DNA from: Isurus oxyrinchus | Lineage: Eukaryota | NCBI GenBank assembly: GCA_026770705.1 | Contig: JANJGN010000116.1 | Span: forward strand, 682,001 to 746,000 | Length of the DNA stretch: 64,000 nucleotides | Direction of reading: 5' to 3' | Part shown: piece by piece, positions 11,733 to 25,275 of the stretch | How positions within the stretch are numbered: the stretch's first letter is position 1 | Layout: every line of letters begins with the position of its first letter | Program-made: the position numbers and the translations under genes | The notes under the pieces: model-generated | Databases searched by the model: none | What the model saw: only the letters and a program-made list of their open reading frames with translations | What the model was told of the DNA's origin: nothing

Positions 11733-11954
11733 GGGGCGCCTAGGGGAGAGATTGAGAGGCATTCCAGTCATGTCTGAGAATCAAGGGTTGGAGTCTGTAT
11801 ACAGCTCACTCAGGATAAATGTGCATCAGGATATACCCAAACCAGTCCAAAACCAACAAACTCCCTGTTCACTCTCTCTCTCTGGAGAGAGTGAACACCC
11901 TCCCAATACTGGTTCAGTGTGTGTGTATGAGTTTTTCTATGTGTCTGAATGCGC

Positions 11955-12205
11955 GTAGGCTCTTTCCATTTAGGTTAGGAGAGATAAACACAAGAGGGCA
12001 TGGCTGTAGGGTGAAAGGGGAAAGGTTTAGGGGGAACATTAGGGTGAAATTCTTCACTCAGAGAGTGGTGAGAGTGTGGAACGACCTCCCATCTGACGTG
12101 GTAAATGCGGGCTCTCTCTTAAGTTTCAAGACTAAATTGCATAGATATGTGGATAGGAGAAGTCTGGAAGGTTATGGGCTAGGGGCAGGTCAATGGGACT
12201 AGCGG
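11955..12205 (+). mobile_element. CR1 LINE 3' fragment, relatively well preserved
   Basis: Open frame RLFPFRLGEINTRGHGCRVKGERFRGNIRVKFFTQRVVRVWNDLP...EGYGLGAGQWD*, the CR1 ORF2 C-terminus. Confidence 0.9.
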
Positions 12206-12499
12206 AATAATACGGATATCTCTAGTAAAGTTAATTGTAGAGCAATATTATCGCCAGAATTATTAACGCTGGGTCATCACGATGTGACGCCACAGAAGAC
12301 AGAAAGTTTAAGTTACGTAATTACAGTCCAGAAGGCGTTCACATTCTGCAATGTCTCAGTAAATATCGCAGCGGAATAATATGAAGCTCATAGAATCCAA
12401 GGTTGTCCTGGAGAGATGTTCCTTTCAACATTCAAAGGGCTATGCGCAGAATACATTTCCTCTGTGGTTACTTTCCGATCATTAATTTTAATTGACAAA

Positions 12500-12570
12500 G
12501 TTTCTGGAACTGAGCTGATAAATTTCCCCAATGAGGCCCCGGGGTGTCGGAACAGTGAAATAATCCGCTT
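12500..12570 (+). promoter_or_regulatory. Putative conserved upstream element of the GPCR family
   Basis: ttctggaactgagctgataaatttccccaatgaggccccggggtgtcggaacagtgaaataatcc aligns by eye to the reverse complement of about 39836-39902, at a similar distance from the start codon of the paralogous exon 1. Confidence 0.5.
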
Positions 12571-12719
12571 GTTTGTGAAGTGACGATGACTAATCCGAAT
12601 TATTGTGTAAACTGATTTCCTCACGGGGAGACAAATTGACCTGTACAGTGGGAAACATTTCTGGAATCTCAGCACAATTAGAAAACTGAGTGCGCTCTCA
12701 CATCGTTCTAAAAAAAAAC

Positions 12720-12789
12720 ATGATCCAGCTAATGATCCTACAAGTAACGAATATTTACTACCCAATTCTGGCAGTCTTTGCTATTCCCC
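12720..12789 (+). pseudogene. Exon 1 of GPR139/142-like GPCR pseudogene
   Basis: MIQLMILQVTNIYYPILAVFAIP (N-terminus and start of TM1), 70 nt, phase 1. The expected G|GT donor is replaced by C|TAATT. Confidence 0.85.
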
Positions 12790-13339
12790 TAATTCAGTGT
12801 TGTCCAATAGCTTTTGGCTATTTCACTGCTAGTGATTATGTGGCTGATTGCGGGAATGTCTCACTGCCGGCACATTTATCTACGGGGATAAATTGCTGAA
12901 TAGCAGCGGGAGCCCTAGCCCTTTGCGGTGTAAGCTGCGATGCTGCTCAGTACATTTTGAGCACCTCACACTCCTGTTCACATTGAAGAAGATGGAGGTT
13001 TATTTCTCGGTCTTCCAGAGGTTCATTGGCCACTAAACAATGTGCTGCTTAGAATCCAAGGTAACCATCTGAGAGGTAATGTGGCCCATTGTCTAATTTA
13101 CAGTGATAATTCCAAGAGCTGCAGCGTCCTGCGCCCAGAAGGGGACGGGAGGATATTTTGATCAACAGGAAGCTGTTCGTCATTCCTCCATCGGAAAGAA
13201 TTGTTTGTGATGTCTCGGTTCAGTTCAGTTCCTGAGCGAATCTTTCAGATCGATTACGGATAGGAAATGGGCACCGTTTTGAAATACTTTGGATAGTCTT
13301 TTTTTTCAGAAGAAATTTTTATTTGAATTTATTGCTTCC

Positions 13340-14156
13340 TGTAATGGCCTGGGAATTATATTGAACACCACTGGTATCTGATATCCTCCTGAAGAATCGC
13401 CATCTCCAAATTAGCAGACGGAGCAGACTGTAAAATTCTGTTTAGTGTAACATGGATGCTTAGTGGCAAATTGTCAAATTTGCTCAGTGTCTCAACGGCA
13501 ACGGGCTGATGGCAGGAAGGTTGAATATAAGGAAAACCGTTTATTATTTGGCTGTTGAAATTCAACAAGTTAAAAATGTATCCAATTTTCCCTTTATGAA
13601 AATTCTATATGATAACCTGGTTGCCCCTGCGAGGCACTCACGGATAGCCTTGCACTGAACTGTTCCATCAAGCCTCATTCCAGTGCCAGGGACGAAGTTT
13701 GTTTAAAGGGAAGAGAGGATTATATATGACGGAGGGCTGATCCGAATTAGCCGGTTTCACACTCTTTCCTAAGTCACCATTAGCCACACTTGAGGCATCG
13801 AAGCCCAAATGTGGTTGTCATAGGAGGAGTTTGGGGGATACTCTCCAAGACTGAAGTTTCCAGACTGAATTCGAGAGACATTTATTACCACATCATGAAA
13901 ACTTCAGACTGAAATTCAATGGGAGGCGGCAGAAGCCTAATCATTAGACAATGATTTACTGTCTCCACTTGAGGATCAATCACCTGAAAGAACCGAACTT
14001 CCCCAAGGAGCCCGATGGAAGAAACCAATGGACAAGATGTTACTTTTTAAAACATTTATTGTAAATGAAAAAAAAACAAAGTCAAAACATATATAATTAA
14101 ATGCTAATTGTATTCAGTAGAAAGTATTAATTATAGTTGAAGTAGCTGACACAACA
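13340..14156. mobile_element. Possible solo LTR in the GPCR intron
   Basis: TGTAAT...ACAACA ends and an internal TATA-like tatatatga. No clear target-site duplication. Confidence 0.3.
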
Positions 14157-14913
14157 ATGGAAAGTCTCACGCATTTCTCGCCTAGTTCCAAGCACATATT
14201 TTGCACTGTGTTTAGTCCAAATGTCTCTCACAACTCCATCATGGTCTAGCATGCTCAACTATTCTTCACGCAGTGTCCGATTCTCAAGTGTTCTCCAACA
14301 GCTGTATGATTCCATCCCAGCTCCACGGATATGATTATAATCAACAAGGCCTAACTCTGTGAAGCATCTTTCTCTCGGGTCACTACAGGCCTGATGGCTG
14401 AGGATTAACACATGCACTCTCACCTAACATCCCATAACTCTCTAGTACACACTCTGATCAGCTCTTGGTAATCTCACAGATTTTCACGAGTTTTAGACAC
14501 ACAGCTTTAGCAAGAGCCCATGGACATGGCCCTGTTCTGCTGAAAATTAATTGAATACATATATCCCGTCTCCAAGTCTGTTTGTATTTCCCAATCAGTT
14601 TCAGTTTTCTTAACAATTACGTGCACAGCGTCATTTCCCAGAAGTCTGATGTCAACTTTGGAGATCCTAGCATGCTTCTTGTCTCTGTTTCACCTAAGGG
14701 CTTTCACAAAAATACTGTCTTGGAAACTATTTTAGCACAATAGAGTGCATGTTCGTATATTTATTTAGGAAGTTCAAAAAACACAAGCCAATATTATAAA
14801 TCAAATATATGGATATAACGCCGAGTAGAAATGCACTGAAACATTTCTTATAATGTTCTGTGGAATGTACCTGAGTGCCCATGCTACCTACTTACTCTCC
14901 CTTTTTCCCACAG

Positions 14914-15873
14914 CGAACCTGATGACAATCGAGATTCTCTCCAGAGGAAACTGCGGCCTTTCAAAATGCATTTCTTTCTATATGGTGTCCATGGCAACAG
15001 CCATCTACTGCTCATGCTCAACAATGTTCTCGTGCATAAAATCCTGGGTATGCATTTTCCACAAATAATCATGCACTATACACCCATTTGCAAGTTCATA
15101 ATGTACACAGTTAATACCTACGTGTATTTATCGGTCTGGTTTACATTCTCCTTCACATTTGACCAGTTTGTCTCCATATGTATTTACAAGTTTAAGACAA
15201 CATATTGCACAGTGCGAACGAAGGCTACAGTTCAAACATCAATCTGTACCCTCTCGTTTTTAGAAAACATACCATATTGGTTTGCATTTGAACCTAAGCG
15301 AACAGTTAACAATGTTCAAAGGAGTCTCCAACACAGCCTGGAATTATACACATCTCCTTTTGGTGTGCATTTACTTGACTACAAAGCATTTTATTGATTT
15401 GCATTCCTTTCCCTTTGATATTGCTTCTTAATTCTTTGACAGTCAGATGGATTTTAGTAGCCAGACGAGCACGTAAGGAGCTCCGGGGTCAAAGCAGCGA
15501 GAATCAGAGTGATCCGGAAATACAGAACCGAAGGAAATCTGTTATTTTACTGTTCACTGTATCAGTTAGTTTTATAGTGTTTTGGTTGACAGCGGTCGTT
15601 TGTTCCTTAGTCGGTGGTTTGCTCCTTCATGTACGCCCGGATTATACAGCTCCTGTGTACATCGCCCATTAGAGCGGACACATGCCCATGTATTTGAGTT
15701 CATGCACAAACACGGTTATTTATGCGGCTGCACAAATTAAATTCAGGGAAGAGCTGAAGAAGATAGCGACGTTTCCTTGGACACTAATTTTGATACTGAT
15801 TAAAAAATGCAAAATGATACCAACTCTCCACGTTCTAATAATAGTTAAATTGTATCCAACGTTTCAATTCTGA
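14914..15873 (+). pseudogene. Exon 2 of GPR139/142-like class A GPCR pseudogene
   Basis: Acceptor ctttttcccaCAG|CG AAC CTG ATG. Motifs NLMTIEILSRGNCGLSKCISFYMVSMATA, LSVWFTFSFTFDQFVSIC, PFPLILLLNSLTVR, DPEIQNRRKSVILLF and SSCTNTVIY are spread over three frames. Frameshifts at about 15003 and 15370-15395; in-frame TAG at 15670-15672. Confidence 0.93.
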
Positions 15874-16429
15874 ATGGTGGCCTTTGTGCAGCAATGACAA
15901 TGTATTTTTATTTAAATGGAATCAGAAACCACTTTTCCAATTTGTTTCATTTATTTAATGTCTGCTGATTTTCCACGGGGATTATACTAGTAGTTTTTCT
16001 ATATATATTTTGTCACGTGGGTTACGTCATTAACATGCTTCAGAATTGGAGTAAAACCTCTCTGTGTTGCCCCTATCTCCCTTGCAAGGCAGGTACTTAA
16101 ATGTGAAGCGCCAGTTTAATGAACAGCGACGGTCCTAACAGTTCCAATGCCCGCAACAGTGAATTTAAGTTCCAGTTGCGCATTCCAAACACTGCGGGCG
16201 TCCTGTCACGTGCACAGGTGCTGAAATGGCTACGGAAATTGAAATTCCTGATTGGTTGAATTGTGCTGCCCTCGGCCCGCTGTCAACGTCTGCCACTCTC
16301 AGCTCAGGATAAGAGGATTGGGGGTCAGACATACGGGACTTGCCTGCATACTTATGTTGCAACTGTTAGGCTGGTTAAAACTTTGGTATAACTCACAGGT
16401 TAATCAGCAGAACTGAACTGCACAACACA

Positions 16430-17485
16430 TCCAACACCCCAACTCAGCATCACCTGCCAAACCTGGATAAATCCTCAGCCCTGACAGCCTACCCGATCCG
16501 AATGCCCACCCGAAGCAACGGCCGAACCAACATAACTACTCTCTCTCCGACCCAATTACGCCCTCCAAGTCGACTACTCCTTACCCAATTAGCACACCCT
16601 GCCCTCGCAACCTGATTGCCCTTTCCCGATTTGGCTACTTGCCACACAATGACACTCTCTTGCCCAATTACGTATCAACCTGACTACACACCCGACTCAA
16701 CGTCCCACCTGAAGCAAAACAACTACACAGGGTCGGAGTGTCCAGCCAAACCAATTACCCACCTGTGTCACCCGACTGCTCACCCAAACTGATTACCTAC
16801 TTATGAGACCTGATTGCCCATTCAACCCGATTACCCATCTCCATGACCTGACTGCTCACACAACCTGACTGTTTATCCTAGCCAACTAGCTACCCACATC
16901 TGACCCGACAACCCATGCCCAACTTAATACCCACCCCAAACTGACAACCCACTGACCCAACAGCCCAACTGACTTCAGTTCCCCCATGATCCGGCTACCG
17001 ACCCCCGACCCAACTACTGATCATAAATGACATTTAAGTTACTGCTTCCCAAATGCTGATTTGACAGCAGCCGGGAGGGCAGGATAATCGGACCAAGGTT
17101 GTCATTACCTTTCTGCACTTCTCTGTGATTTGGGTCAAATGGCCTGTGAGCTGCGAAGGGTTTGCTGCTCTTTCAGAGGTGCAAGTGCAGTTTAAATTAG
17201 TGGATTTATAAGAACTGGTGGAATGTGTAAAAGACAGATGAGACTGAAGCTTGTGTCAGTTTCATGATTTTTCTGTATTGGGGCTCAGCAAACAGTTGAA
17301 GCTATTGGGTTATCCTCTTTGCACCTGGACACGACCATCCACCAAGCTTGGCTGGACCATCGACCCCAATGCTTACCCGACCGGGCTGCTCACCCGACCG
17401 GCCTATACCCCAACATACTGCCCACCCTGCCCAAACTGTCCAGATGACCTGACCATACAATTGACCCGAATAAACCCTTGACCCC
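16430..17485. repeat. Low-complexity C/A-rich degenerate tandem repeat
   Basis: Recurrent acccgac/cctgact/acccaact motifs at 16430-17020 and 17330-17485. Confidence 0.7.
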
Positions 17486-19389
17486 AATATATTTGACTGG
17501 AATTAATAAGATTGTCATTAAGTTTGTCCATGTTGTGTTATATTTCTATTTTGTAGTAACAGCTATCATTAGCCACTGAAATATCATTAGGCTATTAGGC
17601 GAGAACTGACCCTGCAGCAAAGATCAGTTTCGGAGGGCAGCTGTTCATGATCCTGCCAATCAACTTCCATCTGTTATTTATTTACTTATCCCATCATCTA
17701 CCACTCAGTAAACACCATGAATCTGCGAACTCAAGTTCTATTTTCAAGTCACGGCATGAATCAGCAGCTCCTTGGCTCAGGGATTAATTTATTTTTCTTC
17801 TTTCATTGAGTAAAAGTTGAAAGATGGTGAATGCCGTTCACGTTCCTCCCTGTTCCTGCTCGCCAATATTACAATTGTATTCCTCTATATCTCTGCTTGG
17901 CTTTTGAACTCCCTCCTAACCCTCTTCAATTTCCCTCTGTAAACCATAGCTGAGACCCTATATTTAAAACATTGACTGTCCCTTTGCCGTCCTCCTTCCT
18001 CATGATTGCAGGAAGGATTCGATATTTTTATTTTTGTAACTTTGAACGGTTAAGACCGGACCATATACCTTTGCCACTGGCTGGGATTCCTGGACATAGG
18101 GCCACAGTCACAGTAGGAAAATTCGAGATTTCTCTGCTGGAATTATAAAACAATTCTGCGCACATAGGGAGCAGGACTTCCGAGCACGCCAATTTCTATT
18201 TAACCCATGGCTTTATTTTAAAAAGCAGGTTCAAAGTGTTATCTTAAACGAGGTTCTTAACGAATATGAGGGGTAAACGAACATATGGAGGTACACGCCA
18301 ACCAACCAGGATCTCAGAATAACGAACATACACCAGCGAATAAAGGGTCTTAACAATAGCAAATCTCGACGAACAGTGCCTGGTTTTTCAATGGGGTACG
18401 ACAGCGGCGTCTGGTTTCAACGTTTAATTCGACAATTTTAGATCCAATCTTCTGCCTCAATATTGTTTTGTCATGTTCTTTTCTTTATTCCTTCGTGTTA
18501 AATTCGCACAGTTGCTAAGGGGCCATTCACAGCCTCATGTGGACACAGCTATTATATTTTCTTCCTACAGGCATTACAAAATGTTTGTAACCATGAAGTG
18601 TGCCCCCCCCCCCCCGCCCTCCAACTCCCATTGACAATCTGTTTCGTACATCCCACCCCCTCCCGCACTCCACTGGTAGAAAAGATGTTGTTTTCACATA
18701 TTTCTTCAATTTTGATAAGACATTATTGACCTGGCCTTTTGTCTCCTTAGATGCTCTATGGCCTGCTGAATATTTCCGGAGCTTTCTGTTTATTCATCTT
18801 GTAGTTTTCCAGTGTCTGTACTACTGTCCTTTTCTACCTGGAAACATATTGGAAAGAATCCTGAACAAAATTCATATTCCTCACTCTCACTCCTCGCCAA
18901 TCTTTCAGTTTTCTTGCTCTGCAACTCTGTTTGCTTGTTGAACTCACGCCTAACGCTCCTCAGTTCTGGACACTAAAACACAGCACACGACCTATTTTGA
19001 AGCCACTGACTGCCGCTGTACCGAATCTTCCCTCGTGATTTTTGCAATTATTTGATCCAAGGTTTCGGGTTGCAAGAAGAAACATAAGATCAATCCAAGA
19101 ATCTATTTCCACTTCCTTGAAGACTTGCATGAAGGGTCATAGTTTAAAAATTAAAGCCAGGGATCCCAGCATGGAAATTATGAAACAATTCTACACACAA
19201 AGGATGCTGGAACTTCAGAGCTCCCATTTAGATACAGAAAATAATGCTCGAGTAACTGTTTTACTTTAAATCTGAGATTCATAGAATTTTGTCAGAGGGT
19301 ATTAAGGACGATGAGGCAATGGCGACTATATTGAGATAGTCACAAATCAGGCACAACATCATTCAGCATGTTCTAGGTGCTTAATGGCG

Positions 19390-19480
19390 TTAACAGCAGC
19401 AAACATCGAGGAACATCACCTCGTGTTCCAACTGGGTAATCTGCAGCTTCCTAGACTCAACATTGAGTTCAACAATTTAG
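19390..19480 (+). mobile_element. Penelope-like element ORF C-terminal fragment
   Basis: IEEHHLVFQLGNLQLPRLNIEFNN resembles the end of the Penelope GIY-YIG domain. Confidence 0.7.
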
Positions 19481-21990
19481 ATCCTAACATCTGTCCCTAT
19501 TTTCTTTCTAGCGTGTATTTGCTGGTTTGGTTTGTCCCGTTTCTTATTTTAACCTCCATGTTACATTCGGGAGGTTGCTGTGCTGCCGTTCACAACCTCA
19601 TCTGGGCATATATTTTGTGTGCAATGTCATAACCACAGAATGACAGAAGCTCAGAACTGCCACAGCGCAGGTGAATGTCATTGACCCATCATGTCTGCAC
19701 CATTTCTCTGAATGAGCAATTCACTTTGTGTCATTACCCGCCACGTTCCTTTATGAACGTTCTTCATTTCCAAATAACAGTCTTATCTTCTTTTCAATGA
19801 TTCCCTTGAACCTCCCTCCACCTCTTAGGGAGTGCATTCCAGGCCTAAGCATTTTCTTCAAAAAAAGACTTTTTTTTCTATTTTTTCCTCCGTTTCACTT
19901 TTGATTTTTGTGGACAAATACTTTAAATCTGCATCAACTTGATCTTGATCATTTCATGAACGGGAACACTCCCAGGCCTCTCATAATTTTGAATCCCTCT
20001 ATCAACGCTCAGTTCAGCCTCTTTTTCTCCCAGGGAATCAGTCCTAACTTCTCAAATATATCTTCGTGACTGATGTTCCTTATCCCAAGAAGCATTCTCG
20101 TGATTTTTTTTCTGCCCTCTTCCCAACATCCTTCGCATCTTCACATCCTTCCTAAAGAGCAGCGACCAGAACCAGAGGGGATGCACCAGCGGAGACTGAA
20201 GTAAAACCTTCTGCAAAAATTGTTTATGTTATTCCCATTACAATACTCTTTGTTTATTTATATCATTAAGTATGTTGTCTCCTGTCCTCACAGGCAATCG
20301 CATTCGAGGTGATCCCACAACCAACGGATCAGATTTACGCACTGTAAGCCTGCCACATGCATTCATGGATGGTGGTGGACAACACCTACTGGAGAAGGAG
20401 GCTCCACAAATAAATGATCACCTTACGAGCGATTCTCGCATCCCCAAAAGAATAAAAGAAAAAAGTTGTTAATATTTTCCAAGCATTGCATCAATTTTTC
20501 CCTGGGGCCCTGTCCCAGTCTCAGTTGGGCAAAGGCCCCAAATCTCATCACCAGCACGCTGACAGATACCACAGCGTCACCCTTTTCTTCAGTGAGAACC
20601 TAATCGAAAGAGTTTCTGGGTGGAATGAAAGCGGGGAACAAAATGCTCTGAAATAAACTGTGGTTGATTGAGATATCTTTAAAGTCTTGTTTTTTTTTTG
20701 GAAGAATTACCTCTGAAATCTCTTAAGGCTTTCGTAAATGCACCCGTAATATCGTTTTTTTTTAAAGTGTGTGCGGCGGATAAAGGTCTAACAGGAAAAG
20801 AAAATGGCATCCACTGCATAACTTTTGCAATAACCCCGAACCGGTTATCATTCGGGTAACAGTGCAAACCCACAAGGTCATTAGGATGAAAAGAAGATGG
20901 AGCAATTCTTAAGAACAAGGGTGCATGTTCGCTTCGAAGAGAATTTCGACCCTATTGTGCTTCTTTATATTTGCACGTCATTCTATATGCTTCCTCCCAA
21001 CTTGAAAATGTTCAGCTCTTTACCTAATTAATTTGAAATAAATAACCGCGTTATTGAGAACCGAACTTTGAACCGTCTGCAATATTAAATGTAAGAAACG
21101 ATCCGCGGTGCTAAGTTACAAGCAACATCACCCAGCCCTGTTTTGAACTGTGTTTGATTATTTTGCAGCAAACTCGTTTGGAATTATTCATTTGCTATAG
21201 GGCTGTAGAGCAGCACGAATTGAGAATATTCAGAAAGGAGCAATTGAAACGGATATCCAAACAGAAAGTTCTGGAATGTTTAAAAAGACGTGAGACACAT
21301 GATATACCTGCTCCGTTTTCTCATTTTCTTAGACACCGCTCAAAGGGAACACCAGGATTATACTGAGTTGGAATGGAAGCGGTGCTGATTCACCAGTGCG
21401 ATTCCCGAATTCATTAGGGTTTTTTTGGAGTTAAAGATTCATCATCCTAGATTCGAATCAACATAGAATGTATACAGAATAGAGAGGGGCCATTTGCCCT
21501 ATCCTGCTTGTCCTGGCTCTTTGAGGGAGAAATTCGCCCACTGTCAATCCCCCCGACTTCCCTCCATCCCTGCACAATTTTTTTTTTCTACTTTCAGGGA
21601 TTCATATTTTTTCTGTTCTCTTGATTACAGGAGAATGAAGCGTGATCTGGTTGAAGTTTTTAACCTGTTAAAATGAATTGTTAGGTTAAACGCAGAGAAG
21701 TCGTTTCCTCTGGTGGCAAGAACGGGATTGAATTTTAACATTTTGTTTTGCCACAGGTCCACAATGACTGTGCCAAATAACGGATATGTCAGGAAGCACT
21801 TATCACACTTGGAACATCAGGAATCCCAGTAACAATTCATAAATTGATCGAGGCTACCCCAGTTTCGAGAGGGTGGATCTTTCCTTGGAAATAAACGAAA
21901 CGTTACTTCAGTTCTCCTTGAAGATGTCAGCGTCCATTTTTCTGTGTTTTGTCGTTTTACTTGCAATCAACAGCTTGATCCAAAATGCAA

Positions 21991-22069
21991 CCCATAGACT
22001 GGGACTTCAAGCCTGGACCCTCAGGTTATATGTCTGATGCGCTACAGAGCTCTCTAGAGCTACTCGGCC
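21991..22069 (-). pseudogene. tRNA-Lys(UUU) pseudogene
   Basis: gggacttcaagcctggaccctcaggttatatgtctgatgcgctac matches the reverse complement of vertebrate tRNA-Lys-TTT (GGGACTTGAACCCTGGACCCTCAGATTAAAAGTCTGATGCTCTAC). The anticodon loop is mutated and there is a D-arm insertion. Confidence 0.85.
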
Positions 22070-24257
22070 TCTACTCCCCATCACTGTCAAACAAGAGATA
22101 TCACAAGCTTTTGTTCAATTTTCCTGTAAGGTATTTCATCCTCTGCAGCGCATTCCCCTCAGAGGCAGACCGGCAGCCTCCCTTTGGCTTCATTTCACAA
22201 TTATTCTAATTTGAACCAACTACTCGTTCCTTACCAACAATGTATGATTTGACAACTCCTGTTGCCCAGGCATCTGCGCTGGGCCTTTAAACCTTTGCAG
22301 TATTCGTTGGTTTTGGTAAGATATAATTGGAGTGGGAAGCTACAAAAGGCACAGAGGTAGATTTCTCAAGTGGATTAAAAAAATCATATGGTGCTTGTTG
22401 TGGGAACCGGTGACACCGTCACACTGAAAACCACGAAGGTCATTCGGAGTAACGCTATACATTGTGCAAATCACAAAGTGTCGGGTTGAAGAAAGTGTCA
22501 ACCCAAGGGTCTCATCAAAAAGGACGGCAACACGTATCCCTCCTCATTCATTACTGGCGAACATGCAGTGACGCAAAAAATTCAACTCACGCTCATCATT
22601 TTCGCCGGCAATATTTCAAATTGTTCCTTCCACTTGAACCTTCCAAGGAAACGGTGATCCTATTTGGCTTCATTACATCGGCTCCTAATTCCCTACTGTG
22701 TTTCAGGACGTCATTGGTTAAATTTAAAACCATGCATTGACTGAAAGGATAAAGGTGCCACTGACATTTTAACAGAGTATCTCATGTGTATTAAAGAAGC
22801 GTTTTAAATAACCAAGTCACAAGCCGAATACTGACCAGAGTTTACAAAGCAAAGTTCTGAATTGCATCCCACTTCTTCGCTGCAAATATTATTGTTCATT
22901 TGTGCGAATTGAAAACTTTCACCTGCACGGGGCTTTCAAAACTTTGAAGATTCTATTTCTTCAGGTGAGATATTAAGTTGCAAGCATGAACGTTCTTCCT
23001 TTCCAGATTTCAGTCCCTTCTTAATTCTTCCCTGGCAGTTCATTTCACCTCAATCACAGGCGCTGCATTCCAGACCTTAACCTCTTCCTGCGAGAAAAAA
23101 TAAAGTTTTATTGTTCTTCGTCTCAGTTTTTTTTTTAGCAACTACTTTAAATCTGCAACAGCTCGAACTTGATCCTTTCACGAACGGGAACACTTTCCTC
23201 CCATCAAATCTGCTCAGGTCGCTCGTGATTTTCCATCCTTCTATCAAATCTCCATTCAGACTTCGTTTCTCCCAGAACAACAGTCCTAACCTCTACAATC
23301 TATCTTCCTAACTGAAGTTCCTCATCTCAGCAGCCATCTCGTGAATTTTTTTCTGCACTCCTTCCAGCATCCTTAATATCCTTCCTAAATTGTAGCGCCC
23401 AGAACCAGACGGGATGCACCAGCGGAGGCTGAACTCTTAGGGACACTTAAAAATCCTACTTATGTTATTCCCATTACACCATTCTTCGTTTTTTTTGTGC
23501 CATGTCTGTTGCCCTCATAGACAATCGCTTTTGATGTGATTCCATAACCAACACATCGGATGTAAGCTGTGCAGTTCTGTCACTTCCAGTCGTGAAAGGC
23601 GGTGGACAATTAAACACTAATTGGGAACGAGGCCCCGAATATAAATGATGACCTCAGCAGCGAATCTTAAATTCAGGAAGCAATAAAATAAAAGGCTGTC
23701 AATGTGTTCCGAGGGTCGCTGCAGTCCTACCCTGGTGTCCTGTGCCATCCTCAGTTCAAAGCTTCCCATAGTGGACCAAACCTTATCGGTCACCGTCTAT
23801 TCAGTGAGGTTCATCCCAACAACAGTTTCCAGGTGGAATGAAAGCGGAGAAAAACATTTGTTTTTACAAAATTAGTGCTTGATTGAGATGTCTTTAAAAT
23901 CTTGTTTTTTTTTGCTGGAAAAACGTCTCAAATCCTTTGAGACGTTCGTAGATTGATCCATGTTGTTCCTCTTCATGTAAGTGCATGCAGTGGATAAAAA
24001 CAGAGAGGAAAAGAAAATGTTATATCCTGCACGACTTCTGCACTGACCACAAAGCAGTTATCATTCACGTAATATGGCAAACCCACTGGTACATTGGAAT
24101 GAACTGAAAAGGGAGCGATACATAAGCATACCGGTGCACGTTCTTTTCAAAGGGAAGTTCGATCCTATTGTGCTTCTTTATGTTCACATTCATTCTATAT
24201 GCTTCCTCACGACCTGAAAATGTTCAGCTCTTTGCCTGATTAATTTTAAATAAATAA

Positions 24258-24340
24258 CAGCACCATTGAAATCTGAACTCAGGATCGTCTGCATGACTAT
24301 ATGTAAGACATGACCCACTCTACCACACTGCTAAGTCACA
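24258..24340 (-). pseudogene. Possible tRNA-Thr-like relic (sister copy at about 21045-21120)
   Basis: cagcaccattgaaatctgaactcaggatcgtctg...ctaagtcac weakly resembles reverse-complemented tRNA-Thr (AGGCACCGCTGGGATTCGAACCCAGGATCTCCTG...CTAAGCCAC). Confidence 0.35.
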
Positions 24341-25206
24341 AACAGTTATGTTTTGAACCGTATTTCACTATTTTGCGGTAAGTTCATAGATAATTCTTCA
24401 TCTGTTACGGGGCTGTAGGGCAGCACGAAATAAGAATTTTGAGGAAGGAGCAAATGAGGTGGACATTCAACCAAGAAGGTCTGGACGGTTTGTGAAGCCT
24501 TAGGACACATGACACACCTGTCCCTATTTCTCATGTTGTTGCAGACACTGCTCAGAAGATACATCAGGATTATACTAAGCTAGGAAAGGAAGCAGCGCTG
24601 ATTGATCAGTGGGCTCTGGAGTTCAGCCGGTTACATCTGGAGTTAAATTTCATCATCCACGATTCGTATTAGCATACAATGGGGTCAGCCGATAAATAGG
24701 CCATTTGGAACATCCTGTCAGTGCTGGCTCATTGAAGGAAAAATTCGCCTCAATCAATCCACCAGCCATCTCCACGATCCTTACGAAATCTTTAGTTTCA
24801 TTTTCAGGGATTAACTGTTTTTTCTATTCTCATCATTATAGAAAAATGATCTGATCGAGGCTTCTAACCTGTTAAAGTGAATTGTTAGTTTAAACACAGA
24901 GAAGCCATTTCAACCGGCAGGAAGAATGGGGTTGAATGTTGATTTTTTGTTTTGGTCACAGTTCCACAGCGCAGGTGCCAGCCAAGCAAGAGGAATGTCA
25001 GGAAGCACTCTTCACACAAGGAGTACCTGGAAACCCAGGAAAGAATTTAAATTGATCGAGGCTACAACAATTGCAAGAGAGTGGATCCTTTGTTGGAAAT
25101 CAAAGTAACGCTGCCAGTTCCTCAGCTCCCTTTGAAGAGTTCAGCATCCAAGGCTGTTTCATTTGGTCGTTTCACCGGGCGTGAACATCTTAAGCCGAAA
25201 GTGAAC

Positions 25207-25275
25207 AGCCAGACGTGGACCTATCACTTGAACGCTCAGATTAAAATTCTGGTGCCCTAACGAAAGACCTGCCCA
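25207..25275 (-). pseudogene. tRNA-Lys(UUU) pseudogene, duplicate copy
   Basis: ctcagattaaaattctggtgccctaacga at the equivalent position of duplication unit B. Anticodon TTT is retained; the T-arm/B-box is degraded. Confidence 0.7.

Noticed and set aside
18920-18995. Additional tRNA-like relic (ttgaactcacgcc)
   Set aside because: Only a B-box-like word matches, and no cloverleaf could be reconstructed by eye.
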